Positions 24,961 to 38,957 of a stretch of 64,000 nt of DNA are shown here, piece by piece (position 1 is the first letter of the stretch; each line of letters starts with the position of its first letter). The notes beneath the pieces were generated by a model, which was given only the letters and a program-made list of their open reading frames with translations, did no database searches and was not told the origin of the DNA. The DNA comes from Eledone cirrhosa (Eukaryota). The translations under genes were made by a program, and so were the position numbers. The DNA lies in the NCBI GenBank assembly GCA_964016885.1, contig OZ024754.1:17112001-17176000 (forward strand), read 5' to 3'.

Positions 24961-26933
24961 TTAACAAAGAGATCTTACATAAATTATAGTGGAAGTTTTG
25001 TATCATAGAATACAAGGGTCAGCTGCAAAGTTAATAAGCTGACTAAGATAGTCTCATGGAATGACTAAATGAGGTTTATTTTTCAGCATAGTCCTTGGAA
25101 AGAATCAATACAGTTATTAAGAAGAAGAGTTGAAATTAATACATGCAAGATTTCACAGCTCTAGCACCACTTTTTCATAGTCAGCATATGAACTTTTCAG
25201 TTGACCCTCGTATGTGGCAGTTTCAGGTGGTTTGGTCATGAAAGGATTAATATTATGTCAAAAAAACTGCTTAAAAAGTAAAACAGAAATATATTTGTTT
25301 CCCACAAAATGTATTTGGCAAATAAAAAAACATTGATATGAGTTTAAAAGCATTTCTAAAATGAGTTATGAGCCGAGCCTAATAAATATAGACTCCTGAG
25401 GGTCGTAATTCACAACAAGCCTTTTATTTATTGTTTTAACACATTTGTGATAATTTCAGTTCTTTAAAAGTGGCTTTGATTTGCAATATGTTGTTCAATT
25501 ATGGCGCCCTTTAATGTTTGTACATGTTTAATGCATTTTATGAACTTAGAAGTAAGTGGTAGAGTTATTAGAATATCAGATTGAATGTTTAGTAGTGCTC
25601 TTTTTGACTCTCTGAGTTCAAATCCCACTGAGGGCAACTTTGCCTTTTATCATAGAGTTCTAATGGATGTATAAATAAAAACAGTTTAAAATAAACAACT
25701 TAATATCATAGAACTGGGGGTGGTTTCAGGCAGTTTGGTATTAAAAGAGTTAAAACAAATGCTTTCTTGTGAAAGAAACCCTTAGCAATAATTGTAAAAT
25801 GTATAGGACAATTGATTAGTCGTCTAACCCATGCTAGCTTGGAAAGTGGACGTTAAACAGGGATGATGATGATAAATTTATTAGGGTATTAAAGAAAATG
25901 CTTTCCAGCATTTAGTTACAACCCTTTACATTCTGAGTTCAAATCCTGCTGAGGTCTGTTGGCCTTTCATTCTTCCAGAGTTGATAAAATTTGTCCTTAG
26001 TCATGGGTAGGCTGAAAATTTCATAGGCTGATGATGAAGGAGGGATGCTAGAGCTGTGAAATCTTGCATGCATTAATTTTAACTCTTCATATTAATTAAT
26101 TATACAGTGGAAGTTATTTAGTGTTCGGAAGGACATCCAGCTGTGGTAACCATCCCGAATATGGATCATAATGAGCAAGACATTGATTGTCTGGTCTCCC
26201 ATCGGGTCAACCTGTCCAACCCATGCCAACATTGAAAGCGGACATAAAATGATAATGATGTAGGAGTCAGGTTAGCAAGGATCCAGCCAGATATACAGTT
26301 TTCCTTTAATCCTTTAGCATTTACATTACTCTATAATATTTACTATTGTATTTTCACAGAAAAGTCTTTATCTCATATACTTATCTCACATAATATCGAA
26401 TCTATGAGATTTTGATATTATTTCTTTAGAGAACAATCAGTATGAGCAACCAGTTTCAGCTGGTTTGAAGAGAAAGAGGTGAGAGAATTCTGGCTGGATA
26501 TGGCCGGTTTAAATGGTAAAGGGTTAAATGTAATTTTCTTACACTGTTAATACCTTCAAGAAAGAGACTGACATTTCTTTGTTTCTGCTTTCATCATCAT
26601 CATCGTATGTCCACTTTCCATGACATATTGTGACAATGTCATAAATTATTGTTGGTGGGTTGGCAGAATCAGTAGAGCATCGAACAAACTACTTTGCAGT
26701 ATTTATGTCCCTTTACATTCTGAGTTCAAATACCGCCGAGGTTAGCTTTGCCTTTCATCTTTACAGGGTCTATAAAATAAAGTACCTGTAACACACTGGG
26801 GTCGATTTAGATAACTTTCCCCATCCCTTCAAATTGTTGGCCTTGTGCCTAATGTGGAAACAATTATTAATACTAACTAATGTTTATTGTTTTTAATTAA
26901 ATTTTATATATTTTTCATTTCATTTTATTGCAG

Positions 26934-27065
26934 AATGTTGCTTCAACTTATCGCTGTACTCTACCAGATATTGGTTTAGTACTCCAACACCTTATGGGTG
27001 GAGGTTTTGTTTCATCATACTTAAAGAAGAGCTTCCGTCAAAAATACAACGCTCTTAAGAAAAAT
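26934..27065 (+). CDS. TRPM: TRPM exon (NVASTYRCTLPDIGLVLQHLMGGGFVSSYLKKSFRQKYNALKKN)
   Basis: Polypyrimidine tract plus gcag|, |gtaagt donor, 132 nt. Carries the TRPM DIGLV...LMGG motif. Confidence 0.93.
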
Positions 27066-27679
27066 GTAAGTATCTTTCATTTCCACAGTTATTTTAAGAC
27101 ATTAAAGAAAGACAGGACTGTGCATTCATCAAGTTCCATGCAAACAAAATAAAATTGTGTGTGTGTGTAAAGACCGTCTTCGGTTAGAAATTATGGGTTT
27201 TGCAGCTAGAAAGTTCTCCTCTGAGGCACAAGCTTGGGCAAATAGGTTTTTTTTTTTTTTTTGTGTTTGGAAGACCAACAGTTGCCCATGCATGCCAGTC
27301 ACCTCTCTAAATGCCACCGATGTTGTCTAAGGCAACAGTGACATCACAACTCAATTCTCCAGCTGAGTGAACTGGAGCAAGATGATATAAAGTGTTTTGC
27401 TGAGGACACAACATTCCACCCAGTGCAGGAATCAAACTCACAACCTCATGATTGTAAACCCAACACTTTAACCACTAAGCCACATTCTTTTGTGATATAC
27501 TTTCTGATTATAGTGAATACATGCTTTAGTCAACAAAGACTATGAACCTAATAGTCCCATGAAAATTCAACTAATACCATGTATTAAATATACCCATACA
27601 CACATTTCAGAAATAAGATCAATTGTACATAAAGTAGAGAAATATATTTTCCTAAATATAATATATATATATATATTAT

Positions 27680-28023
27680 GGAGGCACATGGCTTAGTGGT
27701 TAGAGCATTGGCCTTGCAATCAAAAGATTGTGAGTTCAATTCTCAGACCAGGTGATGTGTTGTTTCCTTGAGCAAGACACTTTATTTCACATTGCTCCAG
27801 TTTACTCAGCTGTAGAAATGAGATGATAGGGACTGGGGTCCATATCATTCCACTGTAAAGTGGACGTGTAGGTACCACGGCAAAAAAGCACCCAGCACTC
27901 ACTGTAAATGAGGTTGGTGTTAGGAAGGGCATCCAGCTGTAGAAATCAAGCCAGAATCAGTTCCCGTCTCACCCTTGCAAGCAGGGAAAAAGCAGACGTA
28001 AAATGAAATGATGATGATGATGA
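27680..28023 (+). mobile_element. tRNA-derived SINE family B with RTE-like 3' tail
   Basis: A box tggcttagtgg, B box gagttcaattc, core ccttgagcaagacacttt, tail cacccttgcaagc...(atg)n. Copies at 3811-4138(+) and 14856-15200(-), plus many partial copies. Confidence 0.85.
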
Positions 28024-29986
28024 TTATGTAGAATTTGAAGTTGGTGAAAAATCATCAAAATATTGACCCCCCAAATATATGATGACCTCTCATCCCCCCA
28101 CCCTTCTACCATCAATTTTTTTTTGCTTACATATTCCTTACATATTCAGTATATAGAATTACCAACTTAATTACAGAAAAGTTATATCAATAAATTCCTC
28201 CAAATTCTTGGTTATTTTTCAAAGTAATTTGAAAATTATAGAAAGTCTGTGATCAAAAATCTTGTAATGAAAGGGTTAATACCATTTATTGTTGAAGACA
28301 GTACCACAAGAAAGTGTGCCTGAATTGTCTGAATATTATTGCTGTTTCTTAATTCTTAACATCTTGTATTGATTTTGTAGAAAATTATTAGAGGTTTGTT
28401 AATTCAAATGTTTATAATATCCTTACCAGTTGACAGAATGTGCTGAAAATTTTGTGGTGTAATCATAGTGCTGTTTTGTTTTGCTAATGTGGTTTGTTAA
28501 TTGAAATGTTTATAGTATGTTTACTAATGGACAGATTATTGTGAATATTTGCAGTATTAAAACAAAGACTAATTTTTAATGTGATGCAGTCATTGTGCTG
28601 ATTTGTACTTTTCAAAAATGTTGTGCTAGTGTGGTTTCATGTGGTACAGAATGTTAAAAGTTCATTCAACTATAACTTATGTACTGCAATTTAGTGGGAC
28701 AGATAGAGAGTTGAAATGAAAAACAATTGAAAATGTTAGATCTTGTTAACTTGGTGATTGATTATAACTGACTCTTATTCACTTCAAAAGAAGTTAATGG
28801 TATTGAAACATTTTTTTCTGTCGAATATCTTCCTTCATAGAAATAACTCTAGCATGCTGATTATTAATTATTCTTAAGACTGATATTAATTGGAATTATT
28901 TGTTTTCTTGATTTGATTTAGTTGAATACATATTTCTACTTGGTTGAATATTCAATTTAAATATCAATAGCTCTGGCTAAGTACTGAACGTGGTCTGTGA
29001 TCAACCATCCAATCTATGCTAGCAGGGAAAGCAGACATTAAATGATGACAACCTTCATAGTGTTGGTGGTCTACAAAATAAACTGGTTGGTGATAAAGCA
29101 TCCAGCTTTAGAAATGTTGCAAAACAAAGGGTTGGGAGGACCCTACAGTTTGGGTCAAAGACATAACATCTCTTGTGTACTCGGTGGAACATGAGGCCGT
29201 ACATAAGCTAGACACAGTTCTCTGGCCTGCCTAGCAATCGGTGGCTTCACTTCAGTATTGACTTGGTCTATGTAGACCCGTACAATCCTTGCTAGACGGG
29301 AGAGTGGATGTTAAAATGACAATGATGATGATGAATGAAATTTTGTAAGATAAATGTTGTATCTCCTTTTTATCTATCAGATATTTTTCTTGCTATTTGC
29401 TTTTTTAAAATATATATTTTCTTATGGAATTGTATTTAAACGAGATTACTAATATTTCATTAACTCAAAAAGATAAAAAGAATATTTGGCGTGTGTGTGT
29501 ATGCATTGTATGTGTGTGTGTATGCATTGTGTGTGTGCATGTGTGCGTGTTGTGTTTGTATCTTTTTATACTTCCAATATTTTATTTATACTAATGCAAA
29601 TTATTTCATGATAAAGTGGTTGTGTAGGTGTCGCGATAAAAAGCATCCAGTCCACACTGTAAATGTGGTAGGCGTTAGGAAGAGCATCCAGCTGTAAAAA
29701 CCAAGCCAGAAATAGTTCTGTATGAGTGAGACATGGTCATCTGACCTGACTTGACTCACAATGGCACAACTCGTTTAACCTGTGCTTGCCTGGAAAAATG
29801 GACATTAAGCAGTGATGAGAACATTGGTAGAACACTTTTGGTATTTGAATCAAACAGTCTTACTAACTATTAAAATACTAATTTTGAAGTTATTGTTTGG
29901 CCAAACATTTCCTCACACTAGTAACTTCTCAACCTCTTTATCTTCAAACCACCCAATATTTTACTATTATATATAACTAACTTAAG

Positions 29987-30177
29987 GACGGTGGATTGGC
30001 AGTATCGGTAGAGGGTCGGACGCCATGCTTTGAAGCATAGAGTTACGTCCCTTTACGATCTGATTTCAAATCCCGCCGAGGTTGACTTTGCCTTTCATCC
30101 TTGCGGGGTCGATAAAATAAAGTACCAGTAATGGACTGGGTAATTGCTGGCCTTGTGCCTAAAGTAGAAACAATTAT
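29987..30177 (+). mobile_element. tRNA-derived SINE family A (Deu/Nin-like core)
   Basis: A box tggcagtatcgg, B box (g/t)ttcaaatcc, core gcctttcatcctt.cggggtcgataaaat. Copies at about 4742-4932(-), 5777-5958(-), 15627-15815(-), 26655-26868, 45441-45657, 50366-50943 and 51460-51579. Confidence 0.85.
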
Positions 30178-30375
30178 GTATAACTAACTTTTTATTCTAA
30201 CCTCTGTTAAGTGTTTCTGGGTGACTGTATAAAAAATGAGGTTTTCTGATTCATGGGAATATTGTTTATTGAGAAAGTTGGATTGCTATCAAACTTTACA
30301 TCTGAAGGTTTTGCAGAAATGTTTATCTATTTATTTATTTTTTGGTCACCAAAGAAAGAATTGAGAAGACCCTTC

Positions 30376-31763
30376 TGTGTCAAAGACATGACAGCCTCAC
30401 AAGTACTGGCACTACAGTTGTGTCAAAGACATGACAACCTCACAAGTACTGGCACTACAGTTGTGTCAAAGATGTGACAACCTCACTAGTACTGGCACTA
30501 CAGTTGTGTCAAAGATGTGACAACCTCACAAGTACTGGCACTACAGTTGTGTCAAAGATGTGACAATCTCACTGGTACTACAGTTGTGTCAAAGACATTA
30601 CAACCTCACAAGTACTGGCACTATAGTCGTGTCAAAGACATCTCAACCTCACTGGTACTAGCACTACAGTTGTGTCAAAGATGTGACAACCTCGCTAGTA
30701 CTGGCATTACAGTTGTGTCAAAGATGTGACAATCTCACTAGTACTGGCATTACAGTTGTGTCAAAGATGTGACAATCTCACTAGTACTGGCATTACAGTT
30801 GTGTTAAAGATGTGACAATCTCACTAGTACTGGCATTACAGTTGTGTCAAAGATGTGACAATCTCACTAGTACTGGCATTACAGTTGTGTTAAAGATGTG
30901 ACAATCTCACTAGTACTGGCATTACAGTTGTGTCAAAGATGTGACAATCTCACTAGTACTGGCATTACAGTTGTGTTAAAGATGTGACAATCTCGCTAGT
31001 ACTGGCATTCCAGTTGTGTCAAAGACATGACAATCTCACTAGTACTGGCACTACAGTTGTGTTAAAGATGTGACAATCTCGCTAGTACTGGCACTACAGT
31101 TGTGTCAAAGATGTGACAATCTGGCTAGTACTGGCACTACAGTTGTGTTAAAGATGTGACAACCTCGCTAGTACTGGCACTACAGTTGTGTTAAAGATGT
31201 GACAATCTCGCTAGTACTGGCACTACAGTTGTGTCAAAGATGTGACAATCTCACTAGTACTGGCACTACAGTTGTGTTAAAGATGTGACAATCTCACTAG
31301 TACTGGCACTACAGTTGTGTCAAAGACATGACAACCTCGCTAGTACTGGCACTACAGTTGTGTTAAAGATATGACAATCTCGCTAGTACTGGCATAACAG
31401 TTGTGTCAAAGATGTGACAATCTCACTAGTACTGGCATTACAGTTGTGTCAAAGATGTGACAATCTCACTAGTACTGGCACTACAGTTGTGTCAAAGATG
31501 TGACAACCTCACAAGTACTGGCACTACAGTTGTGTTAAAGATGTGACAACCTCGCTAGTACTGGCACTACAGTTGTATCAAAGACATGACAACCTCGCTG
31601 GTACTGGTACTACAGTTGTGTCAAAGATGTGACAACCTCACAAGTACTGGCACTACAGTTGTGTTAAAGATGTGACAACCTCACTAGTACTGGCACTACA
31701 GTTGTGTCAAAGACATGACAATCTCAGTAGTACTGGTGCTACAGTTGTGTCAAAGATGTGACA
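30376..31763. repeat. 43-bp minisatellite A (about 32 copies)
   Basis: Unit tgtgtcaaagatgtgacaatctcactagtactggca(c/t)tacagt. Confidence 0.97.
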
Positions 31764-32134
31764 ACTCCAGTTGCTATGGTGTATACTGTGCACCCCCAAA
31801 ACAAACAAGGAAAAAAGTGAAAAAAATCTGTGTGCTATACACAGAAGAATACAGTAATTAGAATGGACATCTGTAGTTTTGTAGAATATTTGTCACTGTT
31901 GAACTTTGTTGTGGTTGTAATATGAGTAGACTTTGAAGTTATATGAAATTTAGTTTTAGAATCCATGTCGAAAGTTTACAAAAGCATATTGAATCCCTAA
32001 TTGAAAAGGTGGGGAAGACAGCATTTTAACAACTTTATACATTAACTGAATATTGAAACAGAATTATCTTCAACAATTCTTATTTTAATATCTATTTTCA
32101 TAAGATTATTTTTTATTTATTTTGTTCAATGTTA

Positions 32135-33492
32135 ATTCATCTTAAATATGACATTGTCACTCTATCATTCTCTAATTCATCATCTTTAATATGACATTGT
32201 TATTCTATCATTCTCTAATTCATCATCTTTAATATGACATTGTTATTCTATCATTCTCTAATTCATCATCTTAAATATGACATTGTCATTCTACCATTCT
32301 CTAATTCATCATCTTAAATATGACATTGTCATTCTTCCATTCTCTAATTCATCATCTTAAATATGACATTGTCATTCTACCATTCTCTAATTCATCATCT
32401 TAAATATGACATTGTCATTCTACCATTCTCTAATTCATCATCTTAAATATGACATTGTCATTCTACTATTCTCTAATTCATCATCTTAAATATGACATTG
32501 TCATTCTACCATTCTCTAATTCATCATCTTAAATATGACATTGTCATTCTTCCATTCTCTAATTCATCATCTTAAATATGACATTGTCATTCTACCATTC
32601 TCTAATTCATCATCTTAAATATGACATTGTCATTCTTCCATTCTCTAATTCATCATCTTAAATATGACATTGTCATTCTACTATTCTCTAATTCATCATC
32701 TTAAATATGACATTGTCATTCTACCATTCTCTAATTCATCATCTTAAATATGACATTGTTATTCTATTATTCTCTAATTCATCTTAAATGTGACATTGTC
32801 ATTCTACCATTCTCTAATTCATCTTAAATATGACATTGTCATTCTATCATTCTCTAATTCATCATCTTAAATGTGAGATTGTCATTCCATCATTCTCTTA
32901 TTCATCTTAAATATGACATTGTCATTCTACCATTCTCTAATTCATCAACTTTAATATGACATTGTTATTCTATCATTCTCTAATTCATCATCTTAAATAT
33001 GACATTGTCACTCTATCATTCTCTAATTCATCATCTTAAATATGACATTGTCATTCTACCATTCTCTAATTCATCATCTTAAATGGGAGATTGTCATTCC
33101 ATCATTCTCTAATTCATCATCTTAAATATGACATTGATATCCTATTATTCTCTAATTCATCTTAAATGTGACATTGTTATTCCATCATTCTCTTATTCAT
33201 CTGAAATATGACATTGTCATTCTACCATTCTCTAATTCATCATCTTAAATATGACATTGTCATTCCATCATTCTCTAATTCATCTGAAATATGACATTGT
33301 CATTCTACCACTCTCTAATTCATCATCTGAAATATGACATTGCCATCCCATTATTCTCTAATTCATCATCTTAAATGTGACATTGTTATTCTATCATTCT
33401 CTAATTCATCATTTTAAATGTGACATTGCCATTCCATCATTCTCTAATTCATCATTTTAAATGTGACATTGCCATTCCATCATTCTCTTATT
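32135..33492. repeat. 43-bp minisatellite B (about 32 copies, some 40-bp variants)
   Basis: Unit attcatcatcttaaatatgacattgtcattctaccattctcta. Confidence 0.97.
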
Positions 33493-33559
33493 CTTGATTG
33501 TCCATCTACTTTATCTTAACTGTTCATATTCTTTCATATCCCTGCTCCATCATTTCTAG

Positions 33560-33577
33560 GTGGAGATTACAGCTCAG
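33560..33577 (+). CDS. TRPM: Candidate 18-nt TRPM microexon (VEITAQ)
   Basis: ttaac branch-like motif, pyrimidine tract, ttctag|GTGGAGATTACAGCTCAG|gtagg. Phase 0-0 fits the flanking exons. No homology support. Confidence 0.45.
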
Positions 33578-34892
33578 GTAGGAGCATATTCTCTTAGTAC
33601 ACTTTCTTTTGGTGTCAACTTTGTCATAGCACAGCTACTTACATTTCCTTATTTATATATATTTGTCTTAGCAGTTTGCAGTTTGATTATGCATGTTTTC
33701 TTGTAGAAAGAAGCATTATTCAAGCATATCTTAGATTTATTATAGCATATCAAACAATTACTGCTGTTTGTGTTTTCGTTTTTTTATGAAAATGCCATTT
33801 TATTTAACCGTTTTTAATTAAAAGAAGTCAAATATATTATGTTATTTCAATATTTGGCCCCAACAATTCAACAAACTTCACGCTTTTACCGTGCAAAATA
33901 TTTTTAAAGTGTTGTTGTAAGGTTGCACTTCATGTCCACTATTACAACACCTATTCTGTTGTGTCCCTTGCCAGAGCACAAAACTTTGCCCTTGCTTGTT
34001 TCACAGTTAAAAAATATTAGTGGTAGAAAAAGGGTATCTAGGTGTAAAAACCAAATTCCCTGATTAAGATGTAAATCTGCTGTATTTTTGTTGGGTCTTC
34101 TTCTTTTCTGGAAAATTAGTTTTTGTCTCACTTCATACTAAACTGGTTGCTACTATAATTACCCATGTCCTAAATATTGAGTGGTATAATAAAAGAGAGG
34201 CCCTACTCTCCTGAGAAGTTCATATCTTATCAACAAAATGAATATCAAATATAGTCGCTCTTGTGATAAACAGAGATCGTGCTTTCCCCAATATTTCATA
34301 TTTTATCAACAAAATAGATACCAGATATACTGTGATAATGTAAAAAAAAAAGCAATAAAATAAAAACATACAAATATTTATATTTAATCATCTTTTCAAC
34401 TAATGCCAACATAAGATAACGTAGGATAAGATGAAAGTGAGATAAGGCAATGTTTCTTATCAATCACAATGGAATTTACTTATCTTTTTTAATTTTAAAT
34501 AGCAAAAACAAATTCTTAATCAACTAAAATCTTATAGTATTGGAAAAAAAGCTTAACGTTGAAGTCTTCTGAGAATTAATGCTAGATTGTAAAAAATAAT
34601 CTGTTTAGACACATCTTAGTAATGTTGACATAGTGATAGCAAGGTTATTCACTTTAATTTTTTTTAAATTTACATATTGTTGAATGGATTCCTTATGGAT
34701 TGAGCAGTATTAATATCAAACTTTAACTCTATTGGTTACTATAACGGAGAATAGAGCTGTATAGAAAATAGAGGATAAGGATGAGATGCAGTCCTGATCC
34801 AACTTTGGAGGGCAGCAACTTTGAATAAGAACTGGTTTGGGACTATAAGAATGAAAAGTTGAATGGAACAGAGGACTGAGAATTATCATTAA

Positions 34893-35437
34893 CCCTGTAG
34901 CATTTAAACTGGTCATATCTGGCTAGAATTCTTTGATCTCTCTCTGTTAAAACCAGCCGTAATCGATCACTCATACTGATGTTAAGGTATTGTTCTCAAA
35001 ATAAATAATATCAAAATCTCATAGATTTGATATTATGTGACGTAAAGCCTTTACTGTGAAAATACAATAGTAAATATAGAGTAATGTAAATGCTAAAGGG
35101 TTAAAGATCTCTTATAATGTGTTTGGTAGCTACATTATAAAGTTCAAGATTGAAGGGGTTTAATGAGAGGCTTTTGGGCTAAAAGAAGAAAAAATATATG
35201 GCAAAGCAGAAATTAACCCTCTAGCATTTAAACTGGCCGTATCTGGCCAGAATTCTCTCACCTCTTTGTGTTCAAACTGGCCATTCCTGGCTGCTCAAAC
35301 TTATGTTAAGGTATTGTTCTCAAAATAAATAACATCAAAATCTTGTAGATTCAATGTTATGTGCGATAATTATGTAAAATAAAGCCTTTACCATGAAAAT
35401 ATAATAGTATATATAGAGTAATGTAAATTCTAAAGGG
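34893..35437 (+). mobile_element. Two adjacent copies of the TTAA MITE (34893-35100, 35217-35437)
   Basis: Same terminal inverted repeats and TTAA flanks as 24740-24960. Confidence 0.85.
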
Positions 35438-37071
35438 TTAAAGTTTCATGGTAGCATCTATCTTTTAAAAAAATTCTTCTAATGAAAGTTGTTGACCACT
35501 TCACAAATTTATTTTTATCATTTGTTCTCAATAGTCACTAATATAGATTCTAGAAAACATCTTGTCTTCTAATAGTATCTAGCATCATAAATGTTTCAGT
35601 GAAAGCAAAATCGGCTCTTCCTGATTCTGATAGAAAAAAGATTCTTAACTAATTCTTGTCTGGTTCTCATCAGACACTAAATTTATTATTTCTATTTGAT
35701 ACTTTGTAGCATCAGCTTTAATCTGGTGTAGATAGATGAAGCACCTAATCCTTTTCAAACATATTTATCTCTCTACACCTCTCTCTCTCTACTTTATGTT
35801 GTTTGTTTATTTTCTTTATATTGGTTTGATCTGGAGGAATTCCTAATTATTTTTAAAACTTTAAAAACTGTAGGTTGCATCTTTCTTTAAAAATATGTTG
35901 ACGAAAGGGTTAAACTACAAATATTTACTTATCTCAAGAAAAAGGTTTCCCCACTTATCTATGTGAATGTCTGTCTGTTCCTGGCTGAGAGTTTCATTTA
36001 CTAAAGATATTAGGATAAATTGATAGAGACTTCTGACGACTGTTTCTTCAGTACAGAAAAAATGATATGACCAGAGAAACTGAAGTACAGCTATTTATCA
36101 CAGATAAATCTCAATCAATTCTACAAAAGACAACTTAACCCTTTAGCATTTAAACCAGCTATATCCAGACAGAATTCTCTCACCTCTTTCTGTTCAAATT
36201 GGTCGTAACCAGCCGTTCATACTGATGTTAAGGTATTGTTCTCAAAATAAATAACATCAAAATCTCGTAGATTCAATATTGTCAGATAATTATGTAAGAT
36301 AAAGCCTTTACCACAAAAATACATTAGTATATATAGAGTAATGTAAATGCTAAAGAGTTAATTGATATCAAATCATCATTTGGACAGTAATTTTAGTTGA
36401 CATAGGCTACTCTTTTACCCGTTCTTACCTGTCACCATCATTCTGTGCACAGTATGTGGTCCTTTAGATTTTGTGTTAACCACATGCATTATTATTCTTT
36501 TTTATTGTTTCTCCTCCTCCCCTCTTAATCCTTTGATTACCAACCTGGCCAAAACCAGCTCTGGTTCTATCAAATAAAACCACTCATTTTAAAGTTTTCC
36601 AATTTAAATTAAAATCTTCCAACATATATGAGAACCTTACACAAAGTTTACTATCTTAGTAATGAATTTATTAATAATTTTTGTAAATCCCTCAAAATTC
36701 TTCATTAATTAATTGAAATATTTCATTTGAAATGTGGTCATGAAAGGGTTAAAACATTTGATTTGGTAGAGTCTTCAGGTTGTTGGATGTTTGTTCTGGG
36801 TCTCTGTCTTCTCAGTCTCCTGTTGAAGTCCATTTTGTCTTTCATCCTTTTGGGGTCAATAAACAAAGTACCAGTCCAGTACTGGTGCAGCCCCTTTTCA
36901 GTTCTTGCTCACATCAAGGGAGGGGTTGAGAATGTATCTGTGTTTCTGCTTGTCTATTCATGACTGTATGGTACCTAAAACCCTTACTGAAAGCATGCTA
37001 CATATTACTAAGTCACACTCAATTGTGAGTGACAGCAAAGATGAAGTTGTATTAGTAAAATTTAGTTTCTA

Positions 37072-37720
37072 CTAGCTGACGTACCCAGCTTCGCCCGGGT
37101 AAACAAATGATAAGAGAAGACAGGTAAAAGAGAAAATGGCTGTATTGGATGTTTGTCTGGTTACAGTATGAGGCGAGTCCGTGGTGTCTGTATGATACAG
37201 AAAACAGTAAAAAAAAATCTTCCAGATATACCAGATTCTTCGTTGTACCGTTTGTGAATAGTATATGAACAATTCTAGGTGCTCCCACCTAGAATAGTGA
37301 CCTCTAGGAGATGGTTCATCTTCTGCCTGACTGTAAAACGTGTATCATTGCATAGATGTGGTTGTTCCACGTTTCTCAAAAGGATGATGGAAGTTCCAAT
37401 CTTTTATATTATATGTAGATATAGATAATTAATATAAAAGATGATGCTCAGCCAGTTCATCTTCAACCATCGCAGCACGCCGTCACTGCTTGGCTCCAGT
37501 GTTTCGTTGGCGTTGTTCAGCCAGCTTCTCTTCATTCATGGCGATACGTCTTCGCCTCTGAAGTTCGGCGTTCCGATGGTGCAGTTCGGTCCGTTTTTCT
37601 TCATTCCTGGCTGCACCCCGTCGCCGCTGTAGTTCACTTTTTGATAAAGTTGAATTGCTTTTATTATCAGTATTCATTTCGAGCAATTGTCAAAAAATGA
37701 CACAATAATAAATATAAAAG
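37072..37720 (-). mobile_element. Non-autonomous Helitron-type remnant(s)
   Basis: The - strand 3' end is cccgggcgaagctggg...CTAG at 37072, with a 5'-like end atctacatataatataaaag at about 37420. The adjacent Arg/Glu-rich ORF 37483-37686 resembles the RepHel N-terminus. Confidence 0.55.
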
Positions 37721-38925
37721 ATGTCCGTCAATGTAAAAAAAGGTCCCTATTTACTCCCTTCACAACTCTGTGTATGTTAGACTGACAGACAGGCACACAG
37801 ACAGATAAACTGCATGGCAATTGTGGAACGCCCCACGTACACATATACACGCATGGAAATGCGCACACGCATGCAAACTTACACACGCACCCGTGCACTT
37901 ACACACTCACACATGTTGATAGTTTTTACTTTCTGTGGAACACTGCACGCACGCACACACACACATAAACATACGCACACGTACATACACATGCACACGT
38001 GGTAATAGTTACAGCATTCACTTTGCCTCTCTGTTTCTTACTCTCCCCTCTCACTCCCTCATTGGCATTATGTGTATTAATTTGAGGTGGGCAGAGTCGT
38101 TTGAAACCGATGAACCAATGATAATCGAGAATTATGACACACGGAATACTGACGTTGTTGAAATTAATATATAGATTAAATGAAATATGTGCATGTGTAC
38201 ATACACATGCACACATCAGTCAAAGTCTAGGGAATATGTACTGATTGGTGTATATGATACATTTCTATTTTAACAAAATTTCCCTCACCGACATAAGGAA
38301 AACAATAACCTAAAGGTAATTGTTAGCCACTCTGAATAAGTAAGGGGAGATAATTTTAAGGAATTAAGCACTCATTCATGGTTAAATTAGGACATGCATT
38401 TCAACCATAGCATTGTCCTCATGCCTCCAAACAGGTATAGATATTTTTAAATATACAAAAACAGTTAAAATAGTTTCCTAAGGATTTAATATCTTCTTCA
38501 TCCACTTATTCTTGAGAGGGTCATGATGGCAGAGTCCTCAAACACTCCTGCCAGCAGCTAGTGTCAAAAGCAACTATTGTCAATTGATCTGGCTGGGTCC
38601 CCAAGCAAGACCACCTGAGCTCATGGATGTTATCCAACCATCTTGCTCAGGGTCTACCCCTAGGTCTCCTGCCAGCTGGTTTTGCCCCGTAAAATCTGTC
38701 CAGCAATTCTCTAATATCATTATCATAATATTTAAATTTTATTAATAGACTTAGTATGAAGGAAATATTTCCAACTCTATTTACCTATAAATCTTTGGTA
38801 GTTGTGTAATTTCACATCATTTCTGTAGTTGTTAAACTGCCTGGGTAGTTTCTTTTTATTTATTTATTTATTTATTTTTGCAAGTAGCACTGCATGTTTC
38901 CATGCATCAGTAATCATATTATTAT

Positions 38926-38957
<32 letters not shown>

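Noticed and set aside
27680-27760. tRNA genes at A/B-box sequences
   Set aside because: These are SINE heads continuing into SINE cores, with no complete cloverleaf.
30376-33492. 43-bp arrays (and the 34-bp array at 61858) as CRISPR
   Set aside because: Contiguous tandem units with no unique spacers.
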